Source: an uncultured Clostridium sp. (GTDB taxonomy: Bacteria; Bacillota; Clostridia; UBA1212; UBA1255). From it: 64,000 bases of DNA. Position 1 is the first letter of the stretch, and each line of letters starts with the position of its first letter. The stretch is taken from the NCBI GenBank assembly GCA_900543695.1, contig UQSG01000005.1, positions 16,124 to 80,123 of the forward strand, given 5' to 3'. The translations under genes were made by a program, and so were the position numbers. The notes under the pieces were generated by a model. The model was not told the DNA's origin and did no database searches. It worked only from the letters and a program-made list of their open reading frames with translations. Positions 19,069 through 27,388 of the stretch are shown one piece after another.

Positions 19069-19751
19069 AAGCAAAAACAATCGTAAGGCTTTCCGTTGAT
19101 TTTTTAATGACGATTTTTCTGCTTCTGTTAATGGGCTATCAGTTCTGGGGTGAGACGGCGCACGAATGGGTTGGCGCGGGAATGTTTCTTCTTTTCATTG
19201 CGCATCATATTCTGAATGGAAGCTGGTATAAAAATCTGTTCAGAGGCCGTTATCCCGCAGTGCGTATTCTGACGCTGAGCCTTGATGCTCTTTTGCTGCT
19301 TGCCATGCTCGCTCAAATGTACAGCGGCATCGTAATGTCGCGTTATGTATTCGATTTTCTTCCCATCAGCGGCGGCATGCTGCTGGCCAGACGGCTTCAC
19401 ATTCTCGGTTCCTACTGGGGCTTTCTCTTAATGAGCCTGCATTTGGGGCTTCACTGGAATATGATTCTGGGAATGCTGCGGAAGGTCATGCAGATAAAGA
19501 GCGATTCTAAAGTTCGCAGAGCTGCCGTGCGGGCCGCAGGATGTCTTGCTGCCGGGTATGGCTGTTATGTTTTTATAAAAAGAGAATTTCCCACCTATCT
19601 GCTTCTGAAAAGCGAGTTCGTTTTTCTGGATTACAGTGAATCAAAAATTTTGATTTATCTGGACTATCTTGCTTTAATGGGCCTTTGTATTTTCCTTGCT
19701 CATTATGGAGGGAGGCTTCTAAGCGCCGCCAGGCGGAAACGCGGCCGCTGA
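19065..19751 (+). CDS. Integral membrane protein (DUF4405/cytochrome-b-like fold), function unknown
   Basis: Multiple TM helices with conserved His pairs (HEWVGAGMFLLFIAHHILNGSWY). ATGA overlap with the upstream gene. Confidence 0.55.
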   Translation: MKAKTIVRLSVDFLMTIFLLLLMGYQFWGETAHEWVGAGMFLLFIAHHILNGSWYKNLFRGRYPAVRILTLSLDALLLLAMLAQMYSGIVMSRYVFDFLPISGGMLLARRLHILGSYWGFLLMSLHLGLHWNMILGMLRKVMQIKSDSKVRRAAVRAAGCLAAGYGCYVFIKREFPTYLLLKSEFVFLDYSESKILIYLDYLALMGLCIFLAHYGGRLLSAARRKRGR

Positions 19752-19780
19752 CATCGGCGGCCGCGTTTCCGTCTGCTTTT
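19735..19780 (+). terminator. Strong hairpin at the end of the MerR-flavodoxin-AKR-CMD gene string
   Basis: GGAAACGCGGCCGC-tgacatcg-GCGGCCGCGTTTCC, a perfect 14-bp stem with the stop codon in the loop, followed by a weak GTCTGCTTTT. Confidence 0.55.
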
Positions 19781-19812
19781 GCTGCTCCTCGTCTCTCGCG
19801 CGGGGAGCCGTC

Positions 19813-20082
19813 CTATTTTCCGGCGCTTTCGGAGCGCCCGGCAAGCACATTCAGCTCCTGAATAACCTCCTGAAGCTGCGCTCTTGTCCAGTGCAGATGA
19901 TTTCCAACGGTCCGCAGCGTCAGATTTGCGCCCATTTTCAGCGTGGACATGCTCAGTCTTTTCCCCGTATATTTTTCAACCAGCGATAAAATTCCCGGCA
20001 GATGCAAAATCTCCCGAACCTTTGTATTTTCATGAAACATCGAAAACAGCCTCCATCTCTTGTTCTCTCCCCTTGCTATCAT
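19813..20082 (-). CDS. Small hypothetical protein with possible HTH-like segment
   Basis: ATG-initiated 89-aa ORF with a LTLRTVGNHLHWTRAQL motif. No strong family recognised. A TTG-initiated Cys4 ORF (20079..20282) overlaps its start by ATGA. Confidence 0.3.
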   Translation of the reverse strand: MIARGENKRWRLFSMFHENTKVREILHLPGILSLVEKYTGKRLSMSTLKMGANLTLRTVGNHLHWTRAQLQEVIQELNVLAGRSESAGK

Positions 20083-20289
20083 ATGATATGATGCGGCATT
20101 TTGCTTTTATTCCATGAAAAAAGCCCGGCATAATGCAGCCTCACAAAACAGTATTTACAACCAACTGAAACAATGTTATCTGCCATCTTACACTTAGGAC
20201 AGTAGAACGGAAGTGTTTGCTTTCTGTATCTTCCAGCAATTTTATCCGCGTCCTGCACCTGCAAGCAAGGCATAACAGCCAACGCATAT

Positions 20290-22023
20290 TCATCGTATTC
20301 CCCAGCTTCCGCTCATCATTTGCAGCTGCATCATGTGGGGGTAAATCTTACCCGTTCGTATCAATTTCTCTGGCGCTCCCTGTTCGGCGACGATTCCGTC
20401 TGAAAGTACCACTACCTTATCCGCGCCGCTTACAGTACGCATACGATGGGCGATCACAAGCACAGTCTTATTTTTTATCAAACGCGATAAAGCGGTCTGT
20501 ATGAGGGTTTCATTTTCCACATCGAGGCTTGCCGTAGCCTCATCCAGTAAGATAATCGGGGCGTTTTTGAGAAAAGCCCGGGCAATGGAAATGCGCTGCC
20601 TCTCACCGCCGGATAGCTCGCAGCCGTTTTCTCCTATCATGCTGTTATAACCATCCGGGAGCTTTAAAACGAACCCCTCGCAGTTTGCAAGCCTTGCCGC
20701 TTTGATTACTTCTTCATCGGTAGCATCCTTTCTGCCAATCCGGATGTTTTCCAGAATGGTATTGTTAAATAATGTTACGTCCTGGAAGACGATGGAATAC
20801 AGCGATAGCAAGGTTTCCGGCTCTATTTTTGAAATATCCATTCCTCCAACCGTAATTTTTCCTTTGCCAATATCCCAAAAACGCGCGGCAAGGCGGGAAA
20901 CTGTTGTTTTCCCTCCGCCGGACGGCCCAACCAAAGCAGTAACTTCCCCCTGTTTTGCCGTAAAAGACACGTCCCGCAATACGGCTTCTCCGGTATGATA
21001 GGAAAACTCCACATGCTCGAAAGCAATATCGTATCCTATGTTGGTCAGTTGCTCGCTTCCCATCTGAATGGGCTGATCAAGGATTTCGTTCATGCGGTCG
21101 ATATTTGTTTTGGTCGAAATAACCGCCGCCAGATTTTGCAAAGCTCCTTCCAGCGGGGCATATAGCCTGGAAGCCACCAGCAGGAACAGAAAAAATAATG
21201 GAATTTTGATTTCTCCTCGCACAAGCAGCACAGAACCCACAAGCGCCACTGTAGCGATTCCGAATTTCAGGATCAATGTAGAGGAAACAACGAAAAGGGC
21301 GGTACCAAGTTCTGTAATGATGTGCCGTTTTTCCACATAATCAATTTTTTGATTCAGTCCCTTTAAATAAGCTTCTTCCGCGTTATTGGCCTTTAAGTCC
21401 TGCAGGCTTTCAATGCACTCCTGCACACCGCTTTCAAGGGCGACATTTGCCGCTACGGATTTCCGGTTGAAATATTCCTGTATGCGGCCTGAGAAAAATG
21501 TAATGGTGAAGGCAACCGGCAAAACCCAAACCGCCGCAAGAGCCATGCGCCAGTCATAGGCAAAAAGGCAAGCCGCAATCAGGGTTGTGGAAATGAGAGA
21601 GCCCGCCAAAGCCGGCACATAATGGGAAAACGCAGTTTCCAACGTGGCGCAGTCGCCCATGATGGAGTTCGTCAAATCGGCAAGATTCTTTTTGCCAAAA
21701 AAGGAGAGAGGGATTTTGCGGAGCTGTTCCGCCAAAGAAATGCGTCTTACCCCGCTTTCCACATAAGTCGCCAAATAAGTGGCGTTGTATTGAAAATAGG
21801 TTACAACGAAAATGAAACATAAGCAAGCCAAAACACCCGCCGCATATAAGGCGATGCGGCTCCCGTTTACGCCCCCGTTCATCATATCCATGACAAACAT
21901 ATACAAAAGCCCCACAGGAATCATAAAAGAAATATCCTGCACGACACAGGCAATGCAGCCTTTGATTAAATCCACAGCTCCTTGCCGCGATAAAGCAAAA
22001 CGCCTTTGCAATGCTTTTATCAT
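20290..22023 (-). CDS. ABC exporter ATP-binding/permease subunit B (second half of a heterodimeric pair)
   Basis: 6-TM domain plus NBD (Walker A GPSGGGKTT, signature LSGGERQRISIARA, Walker B ILLDEATASLD). ATG at 22023 after a GGAGG RBS. ATGA overlap with the upstream stop. Confidence 0.9.
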   Translation of the reverse strand: MIKALQRRFALSRQGAVDLIKGCIACVVQDISFMIPVGLLYMFVMDMMNGGVNGSRIALYAAGVLACLCFIFVVTYFQYNATYLATYVESGVRRISLAEQLRKIPLSFFGKKNLADLTNSIMGDCATLETAFSHYVPALAGSLISTTLIAACLFAYDWRMALAAVWVLPVAFTITFFSGRIQEYFNRKSVAANVALESGVQECIESLQDLKANNAEEAYLKGLNQKIDYVEKRHIITELGTALFVVSSTLILKFGIATVALVGSVLLVRGEIKIPLFFLFLLVASRLYAPLEGALQNLAAVISTKTNIDRMNEILDQPIQMGSEQLTNIGYDIAFEHVEFSYHTGEAVLRDVSFTAKQGEVTALVGPSGGGKTTVSRLAARFWDIGKGKITVGGMDISKIEPETLLSLYSIVFQDVTLFNNTILENIRIGRKDATDEEVIKAARLANCEGFVLKLPDGYNSMIGENGCELSGGERQRISIARAFLKNAPIILLDEATASLDVENETLIQTALSRLIKNKTVLVIAHRMRTVSGADKVVVLSDGIVAEQGAPEKLIRTGKIYPHMMQLQMMSGSWGIR

Positions 22024-23795
22024 GCTCTTACCTCCTTTGCAAGTTTCCATTCCACCGCTTCGGAATAATTTTTCCACATCCGGGCAAATACACCGTTTTG
22101 TTCTATTAACCCGCGATGTGTGCCGCTTTCGATGATCTCGCCATCCTGCAATACATAAATACAGTCCGCGCCTGTAATGGACGAGAGCCTGTGGGCAATC
22201 ATTATCACGGTTTTCCCCTTTGACAGCGCGGATAGAGCCTGCTGTACCCGCACTTCATTGTCGGGGTCGGCAAAGGCTGTGGCTTCATCCAAGATTAGGA
22301 TTGGCGCGTTTTTTAAAATCGCACGGGCAATGGCGATTCTCTGCTGTTCACCGCCGGACAGGTACACGCCATTCCCGCCAACCACCGTATCGACGCCATT
22401 CGGCAGCTTTTCAATAATATCTGCACACTGGGCGGCCTCCAACGCATGTATGATTTCATCGCGTGTTGCGGCGGGATTCCCCATACGCACATTTTCCAGG
22501 ATGGATGTTTTGAACAGTCGGCTGTTTTGAAAAACGAACGACACCTTGTTCATCAACGTTTCTTTCGGGATGTCGCGTATGTCGGTATTTCCAATCAAAA
22601 CGCGCCCTTTTTGCGTGTCAAAAAATCTTGTAATGAGATTGGCAAGGGTGGTCTTGCCGCCGCCGGAAGCCCCCACAAGCGCGACGGTCTGCCCCGGCTG
22701 AATCGTCAGCGACACATTGTTTAAAGCATTTTTCTTTCCGTCGTAGCTGTAGCTGACGTGTTCCAATATAATCCCGTTGTCTTTCGGCTCATTGTTTACT
22801 GTGCTTTCGGGCAATGGTTTTTCCCGCAGCACCTCGTCAATCCTGTTAATCGCGTCGCCTACAATCATGGCGTCTTCGCTCATAAACATAATTTTTGTAA
22901 GCGTCGTACCGATAACAGGTGTGATGATAATATAAAAAATCAGATTCAGCAACAGCTCGTTTGACACACCGCCCCTTGACAAAAGGATACCCCCAGCAAT
23001 TAAAAAGGCAAATACGCCGTTGATTGCCGTCGTATAAAACATCATCGGCAGGCGCAATGCTTTTGTATAGGCGATGACCCACTTCTCATAGTTGTCAATC
23101 GCAGCCTTAAAGCGTTTGAAAGAAAATACGGTTTGCCCAAATGTTTTTACCACGGGGATGCCCCTTACATATTCCACCGCTTCATTGGACATAGCGGAAA
23201 GAGAATTTTGATATTCCCGCATTTTCTGCTCCATTCCCGCGCCTGTCATTTTCATCATAATGAGAAATCCAAGCACAACGGGAATCAGGCTGAGTAACCC
23301 CAGCCGCCAGTCAAAGGCAAGCAGCAAAATAAGCAGCCCTGCCGGAGTGGCAATCGCCCCGGCTTTGTCTGGCAGCCTGTGCGCCAGATAGTTTTCCGTC
23401 GCTGCGCTGGATGTATTGACAATCCTCCGAAGGCTCCCGCTTCCATACTTTTCTGTTACTCCAAGCGGCAGGGATGCTATATGGCGCATGAGCTCTTTAC
23501 GGATATTGGAAGCTACTCGGAAGGCGCTCAAGTGAGAACACATTAAAGCGCCTATGTATACAACAATGGAAATCACTGCAAACAATACGGCCGACCAGCC
23601 GTAACGCGCAATATTTCCCGCCTGCGCAAAATCCGGGGCGACGGCCAGCACATCGCGAATGATACGCCATATGTACCAAAACGGCACAAGAGCGACCAGG
23701 GCGCTTACGACCGACAATATCCACGAGAGATAGGTTAATTCCCTGTGCTTGCCGGCATAGCCCATCAGCTTTGATAAATTGGATTGCTTTTTCAT
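22020..23795 (-). CDS. ABC exporter ATP-binding/permease subunit A
   Basis: 6-TM domain plus NBD ([35 protein letters not shown]). 591 aa. Confidence 0.9.
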   Translation of the reverse strand: MKKQSNLSKLMGYAGKHRELTYLSWILSVVSALVALVPFWYIWRIIRDVLAVAPDFAQAGNIARYGWSAVLFAVISIVVYIGALMCSHLSAFRVASNIRKELMRHIASLPLGVTEKYGSGSLRRIVNTSSAATENYLAHRLPDKAGAIATPAGLLILLLAFDWRLGLLSLIPVVLGFLIMMKMTGAGMEQKMREYQNSLSAMSNEAVEYVRGIPVVKTFGQTVFSFKRFKAAIDNYEKWVIAYTKALRLPMMFYTTAINGVFAFLIAGGILLSRGGVSNELLLNLIFYIIITPVIGTTLTKIMFMSEDAMIVGDAINRIDEVLREKPLPESTVNNEPKDNGIILEHVSYSYDGKKNALNNVSLTIQPGQTVALVGASGGGKTTLANLITRFFDTQKGRVLIGNTDIRDIPKETLMNKVSFVFQNSRLFKTSILENVRMGNPAATRDEIIHALEAAQCADIIEKLPNGVDTVVGGNGVYLSGGEQQRIAIARAILKNAPILILDEATAFADPDNEVRVQQALSALSKGKTVIMIAHRLSSITGADCIYVLQDGEIIESGTHRGLIEQNGVFARMWKNYSEAVEWKLAKEVRA

Positions 23796-23905
23796 GCAAA
23801 AACCTCCTTAAAAAATTGATTTTATGATAAGGAAACGGATATGCCGCTTCAGAATATTAGATATAATAGTTAGCATTAACTAACATCCGGACAAAATCAT
23901 AGGGC

Positions 23906-24523
23906 TCATTGCCCCATAATTTTCATCCATCCAGCAGTATAAAACGCCCGCATTTCTTTTAAATAGTACTGGGCTTTTTCAAGCGGCATTTCATGAATAA
24001 TCAATTCAAAAAACGTGTTAAACATGCCAGTAATTAATACGTGCTCCAAATGCTCGTCAATCGGCGGCGCAGATCTGCCCAATTTTTCAAGTACCGCTAA
24101 ATAGTCATGCGTCCCTTTGATTTCTATTTCCACCATCTCGTCAATTAAATGGGAAAAGCGCGTCCCTTCAGAATGGCAAAGGATGAGCTTAAATACATTT
24201 AAATGCTGGTAGGCATACAAAAGCATTTCATCCATACATGCACCGGATATGTCGCCCAAATGTTTTGGCTGCTCCTCCTGCGGAATATTGGAAAAATCCA
24301 GCTGTGCTTTCTGAAAAAGCCACATAAAATGCTCATATTGCTTGCAAACCAACGATTCAAACAGGCTTTCCTTGCTGGCATAATAGCCATAGAACGCGCC
24401 TGTCGTAACGCCTGCTTTTTTCACAATATTGCGTAAGGAAGCAGATTTAAAATCCTTTTCGAGAAATTCCTGCATAGCCGCCGAATGAATTAAGCGCAAA
24501 GTCATTGTTTCTGCTTCGTTCAT
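23906..24523 (-). CDS. TetR/AcrR-family transcriptional regulator
   Basis: N-terminal HTH FKSASLRNIVKKAGVTTGAFYGYYASKESLF. Sits directly upstream of the ABC exporter pair. Start chosen at the third Met from RBS spacing. Confidence 0.85.
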   Translation of the reverse strand: MNEAETMTLRLIHSAAMQEFLEKDFKSASLRNIVKKAGVTTGAFYGYYASKESLFESLVCKQYEHFMWLFQKAQLDFSNIPQEEQPKHLGDISGACMDEMLLYAYQHLNVFKLILCHSEGTRFSHLIDEMVEIEIKGTHDYLAVLEKLGRSAPPIDEHLEHVLITGMFNTFFELIIHEMPLEKAQYYLKEMRAFYTAGWMKIMGQ

Positions 24524-24627
24524 ACACATCCATCCTTTCAGATAACACTGCTATATAACGCCGTTATAGTATAGTTTCTGCACCGGGACTTGTCAATAGT
24601 CTTTAAAAAAATTTTTTACAACGGAGA

Positions 24628-24654
24628 AAGGGCATAGTCGAAGCTATGCCCTTT
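24628..24654 (-). terminator. Hairpin downstream of the 24735-25640 gene
   Basis: AAGGGCATAG-tcgaagc-CTATGCCCTT perfect stem. The T-run on the minus strand is displaced by about 10 nt, so this is a weak call. Confidence 0.4.
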
Positions 24655-24734
24655 CCCGAAAACAGCCTTATGCTGTTTTATGCGTACCGCCCCTATGCCG
24701 GGGCTTTTGTTTTTAAGATATCCGTTTCTCCGGA

Positions 24735-25640
24735 TCAGGCGTTGCTTCTTTTCTTGAGAAGCACTGTCGCCAGCACGGCGGCCATTGCGACTACAGCTGC
24801 AAAATACATTGTATCGCCTGTAGGCGTGTTCGGAGTAGAGGGCTCCGAAGGATCCTCCGTACCGGGATCTACCGGCGTTTCCGGATCCTCTTCCGCAACT
24901 GCCGCAACCTTAAAGTCATCAAAGTAAACGATGTCCAGCAGATTTTCAGGGGAATCCATTCCATGTCCGTCGATCCGGAAAGCGCTGAGCGACGTTAATT
25001 CTCCGGACGCAGCTCCAGCGCCATTTTCAAAGGAGCCAATTTTTTCATCGTCCAGATAAAGATCGTAATTTTTCGTTCCCAGCTCGAATACAGCCGTCAG
25101 AACATAGTCATGGTTCGTTTCCAGGCCGGACTTCGCAGCCGTTTCCACTCCGTTCTGATAACCATGCGCAACAATCTGCCCATTAACCTTCTTTATAGCC
25201 AGGAAATTCGGTGTCCAGGATTCAACATCCTTCCCTGTGCTCCCGACTGTCGCGGTAAAGCCGTAATCTCCAAGCTGCGCAATCCGAAACGTAAATTGCA
25301 GCGCAACATATTTCGTCTCCGCAGGATATGCGGAAGCGTCCACGTTTGCCCGGATATTTGTGGATTCGGATGTATCGGCCGCTCTGAAATAAGTAACCGA
25401 ATTGGTCCCTCCGACTCCATTTTCGACAATCTGAAGGCCGCCCCCCTCGCTTCCGCCTACAAAGAACGGAAATCCGGCAGGCTTCTCCGCGTCGAAAAAT
25501 TTATCGTCTGTCGCGTCAAAATCTTCAAAATCACAGCTGAATACCGGTTCCTCAAGATTCACTGCCGCGGCGAACGCCGGGACTGCCGACAGGGAAGCAA
25601 ACAGCATAACGGCCAGCAAACAAGAAATAAGCTTTTTCAT
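24735..25640 (-). CDS. Cell-surface protein with signal peptide and conserved C-terminal TGD-TM-KKR tail
   Basis: N-terminus MKKLISCLLAVMLFASLSAVPAFA. Tail: PNTPTGDTMYFAAVVAMAAVLATVLLKKRSNA. GAAGGAG RBS. Confidence 0.7.
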   Translation of the reverse strand: MKKLISCLLAVMLFASLSAVPAFAAAVNLEEPVFSCDFEDFDATDDKFFDAEKPAGFPFFVGGSEGGGLQIVENGVGGTNSVTYFRAADTSESTNIRANVDASAYPAETKYVALQFTFRIAQLGDYGFTATVGSTGKDVESWTPNFLAIKKVNGQIVAHGYQNGVETAAKSGLETNHDYVLTAVFELGTKNYDLYLDDEKIGSFENGAGAASGELTSLSAFRIDGHGMDSPENLLDIVYFDDFKVAAVAEEDPETPVDPGTEDPSEPSTPNTPTGDTMYFAAVVAMAAVLATVLLKKRSNA

Positions 25641-25697
25641 TTCTGCAACTCCTTCTCTTTCTGATTCATATGTATCAGATTTTTACAAATCGAGTAA

Positions 25698-25726
25698 ATT
25701 GTATTAAAACGATTTGTCCCTGTCAA
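25698..25726 (-). promoter_or_regulatory. Near-consensus sigma-70-type promoter for the 24735-25640 surface-protein gene
   Basis: Minus strand TTGACA-17 nt-TACAAT, read directly. About 50 nt of leader to the start. Confidence 0.5.
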
Positions 25727-25758
25727 TAGAAAATATTGTTTTTTTCGTAAAATCCTGG

Positions 25759-26079
25759 TTAAATATAAATAATCAAGGCCATAAATACAAGATTTTCTTT
25801 TCCTGTATTTTTCAATGCGTGGCCGCAGCCGTCGGACGTATACGTAACGTCGCCCTCGCGGACGCTGCGCAGCGCGCCGTTGTCATTATATTCGCCTTCC
25901 CCCCGCAGGATAAAATACGTCTCGCACTCACCGTGATGAACGTGATATCCGATCGAGCTGCCGGGCTCCAGTATGATCTGAGCATACAAGCTGCACTTTC
26001 CGTTCATCTGCTCTTTGTCCAGCAGCTCCTGAATATAAGCGCAGCCCTTGCCGCCGTTTAAATTTTCTTCCGTTCGCAT
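25759..26079 (-). CDS. Cupin-domain protein, last gene of the large operon
   Basis: Cupin motifs G(Y)HVHHGECETYFILRGEG ... GHALKN. Only 20 nt downstream of the transporter gene. Confidence 0.7.
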   Translation of the reverse strand: MRTEENLNGGKGCAYIQELLDKEQMNGKCSLYAQIILEPGSSIGYHVHHGECETYFILRGEGEYNDNGALRSVREGDVTYTSDGCGHALKNTGKENLVFMALIIYI

Positions 26080-26099
26080 ATAAAAAACTCCTTTTCTTT

Positions 26100-27368
26100 T
26101 CAGATCAGTACGGCGATCAGCTGGGAAGCAAGCACGACCAGCACAAGCGCCACCGGATAGGTTGCCGCGTAAGCGGAGGCTACATCATCCGTTCCGGATA
26201 CGCCGATCAGCGTTCCCAGTGCCGGCGTGCTCGTCATTCCGCCCGTAATGGAACCAAGATTGTTAAGCAGGCTGATTTTGAGAAGCTTCTTTGCCACAAA
26301 AAACCCAACGAACATGGGAACGACCGTCATGACGACGCCCGCCAGGAAGCCGTACAAAAGAAGCATCGCGCCGTACTGCGAGGCCTGAATCTGTGAAACA
26401 AGCTCTACGCCGCCCTCTACGCCGGCTCCGATCAGGAACAGCATCAGTCCAAATTCGCGGAATACCTTCAGCGTTTTCTCCGAAACCTTCAGACTCAGCC
26501 TGCCGATCCGGCCGAAATGTCCCAAGATCAGCGCCAGAATGAGAGGCCCGCCCGTATTGCCGAGAGAAAACTTGGCGCCCTCGTATCCGGCAGAAGAAAA
26601 CGGAATTGTAACGGATCCCAAAATGATTCCCAGCACTACGGCAATGCCGAACGTGCCGAGTCCGTATTCATCAAGCGCAAGCAGCTTCCGGCCGGATTCT
26701 TCCTTAACCGTCGGAGCTTCGATTCCGGCTTTCATTTTAACGCGTTCCTCCGCCATATTTGCCTTCATGAATTTCGGAACGAGCTGTACGAACAATACTA
26801 CGCCGACAACGCCGAACGGATATGCGATCGCGTGTCCCAGAGAAACCAGCCCCTGCGCATCCTCAGGCACGGCGGATTTTGCAGCAGAAAAGCCCGGCGT
26901 GCTCGTCAGGGCGCCGGACATGATGCCCGTACCAAACGGAGAGCCGATCCCCGGGATCAGAGAAAACAGCGCGCACAGGATCGCGCCGGAGGCAATAATG
27001 ATTACGCCCAAAAGCACATAGGATTTTGCGTTTTTCTTCAGATTCCGGAAAAAGCTCGGTCCGGCGATAAAGCCGACGGCTGTAACGAACAGCACCAGCC
27101 CGACGGCTTCAATCATCTTATAATACTGAACATTTGCCGTATCCGTGCTTTCGATAAAAAAGTTTTCCAGAATCGGAAGCTCCGCTAAGCCCGGCAGCGT
27201 AAAAAGATATCCGAACAGCAGCGCCATCAGGAAGACGCCAGCAGTCCCGAGCGAAACGCCCTTGATCGTGATCCTTCCGAGCGCATACCCGAGCGCGGCA
27301 ATCAGGAAAGAGCCAAACAATACGACCGTCATGCCGCTGAGAGAAAAAATTTTGCTTAAAATATCCAT
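26100..27368 (-). CDS. Putative dicarboxylate/amino-acid exchanger of the AAE (AspT/SucE/YidE-like) family
   Basis: 422 aa, about 10-12 TM helices arranged as an internal duplication. Gly-rich loops (PGIGSPFGTGIMSGALTSTPGFSA). 20 nt after the flavoprotein gene. Confidence 0.6.
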   Translation of the reverse strand: MDILSKIFSLSGMTVVLFGSFLIAALGYALGRITIKGVSLGTAGVFLMALLFGYLFTLPGLAELPILENFFIESTDTANVQYYKMIEAVGLVLFVTAVGFIAGPSFFRNLKKNAKSYVLLGVIIIASGAILCALFSLIPGIGSPFGTGIMSGALTSTPGFSAAKSAVPEDAQGLVSLGHAIAYPFGVVGVVLFVQLVPKFMKANMAEERVKMKAGIEAPTVKEESGRKLLALDEYGLGTFGIAVVLGIILGSVTIPFSSAGYEGAKFSLGNTGGPLILALILGHFGRIGRLSLKVSEKTLKVFREFGLMLFLIGAGVEGGVELVSQIQASQYGAMLLLYGFLAGVVMTVVPMFVGFFVAKKLLKISLLNNLGSITGGMTSTPALGTLIGVSGTDDVASAYAATYPVALVLVVLASQLIAVLI

Positions 27369-27388
27369 TTTCTCCGTTTTCCTCCGTT

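Noticed and set aside
20079-20282. 67-aa Cys4 zinc-ribbon-like ORF
   Set aside because: It starts with TTG under the ORF caller's alternative-start rule and has no RBS I can see. It is kept only as a low-priority note inside a finding, not as a feature.
24646-24927. Plus-strand 93-aa ORF spanning the terminator region and the 3' end of the surface-protein gene
   Set aside because: It overlaps the hairpin terminator and the antisense strand of a well-supported gene, has no RBS and a low-complexity product.
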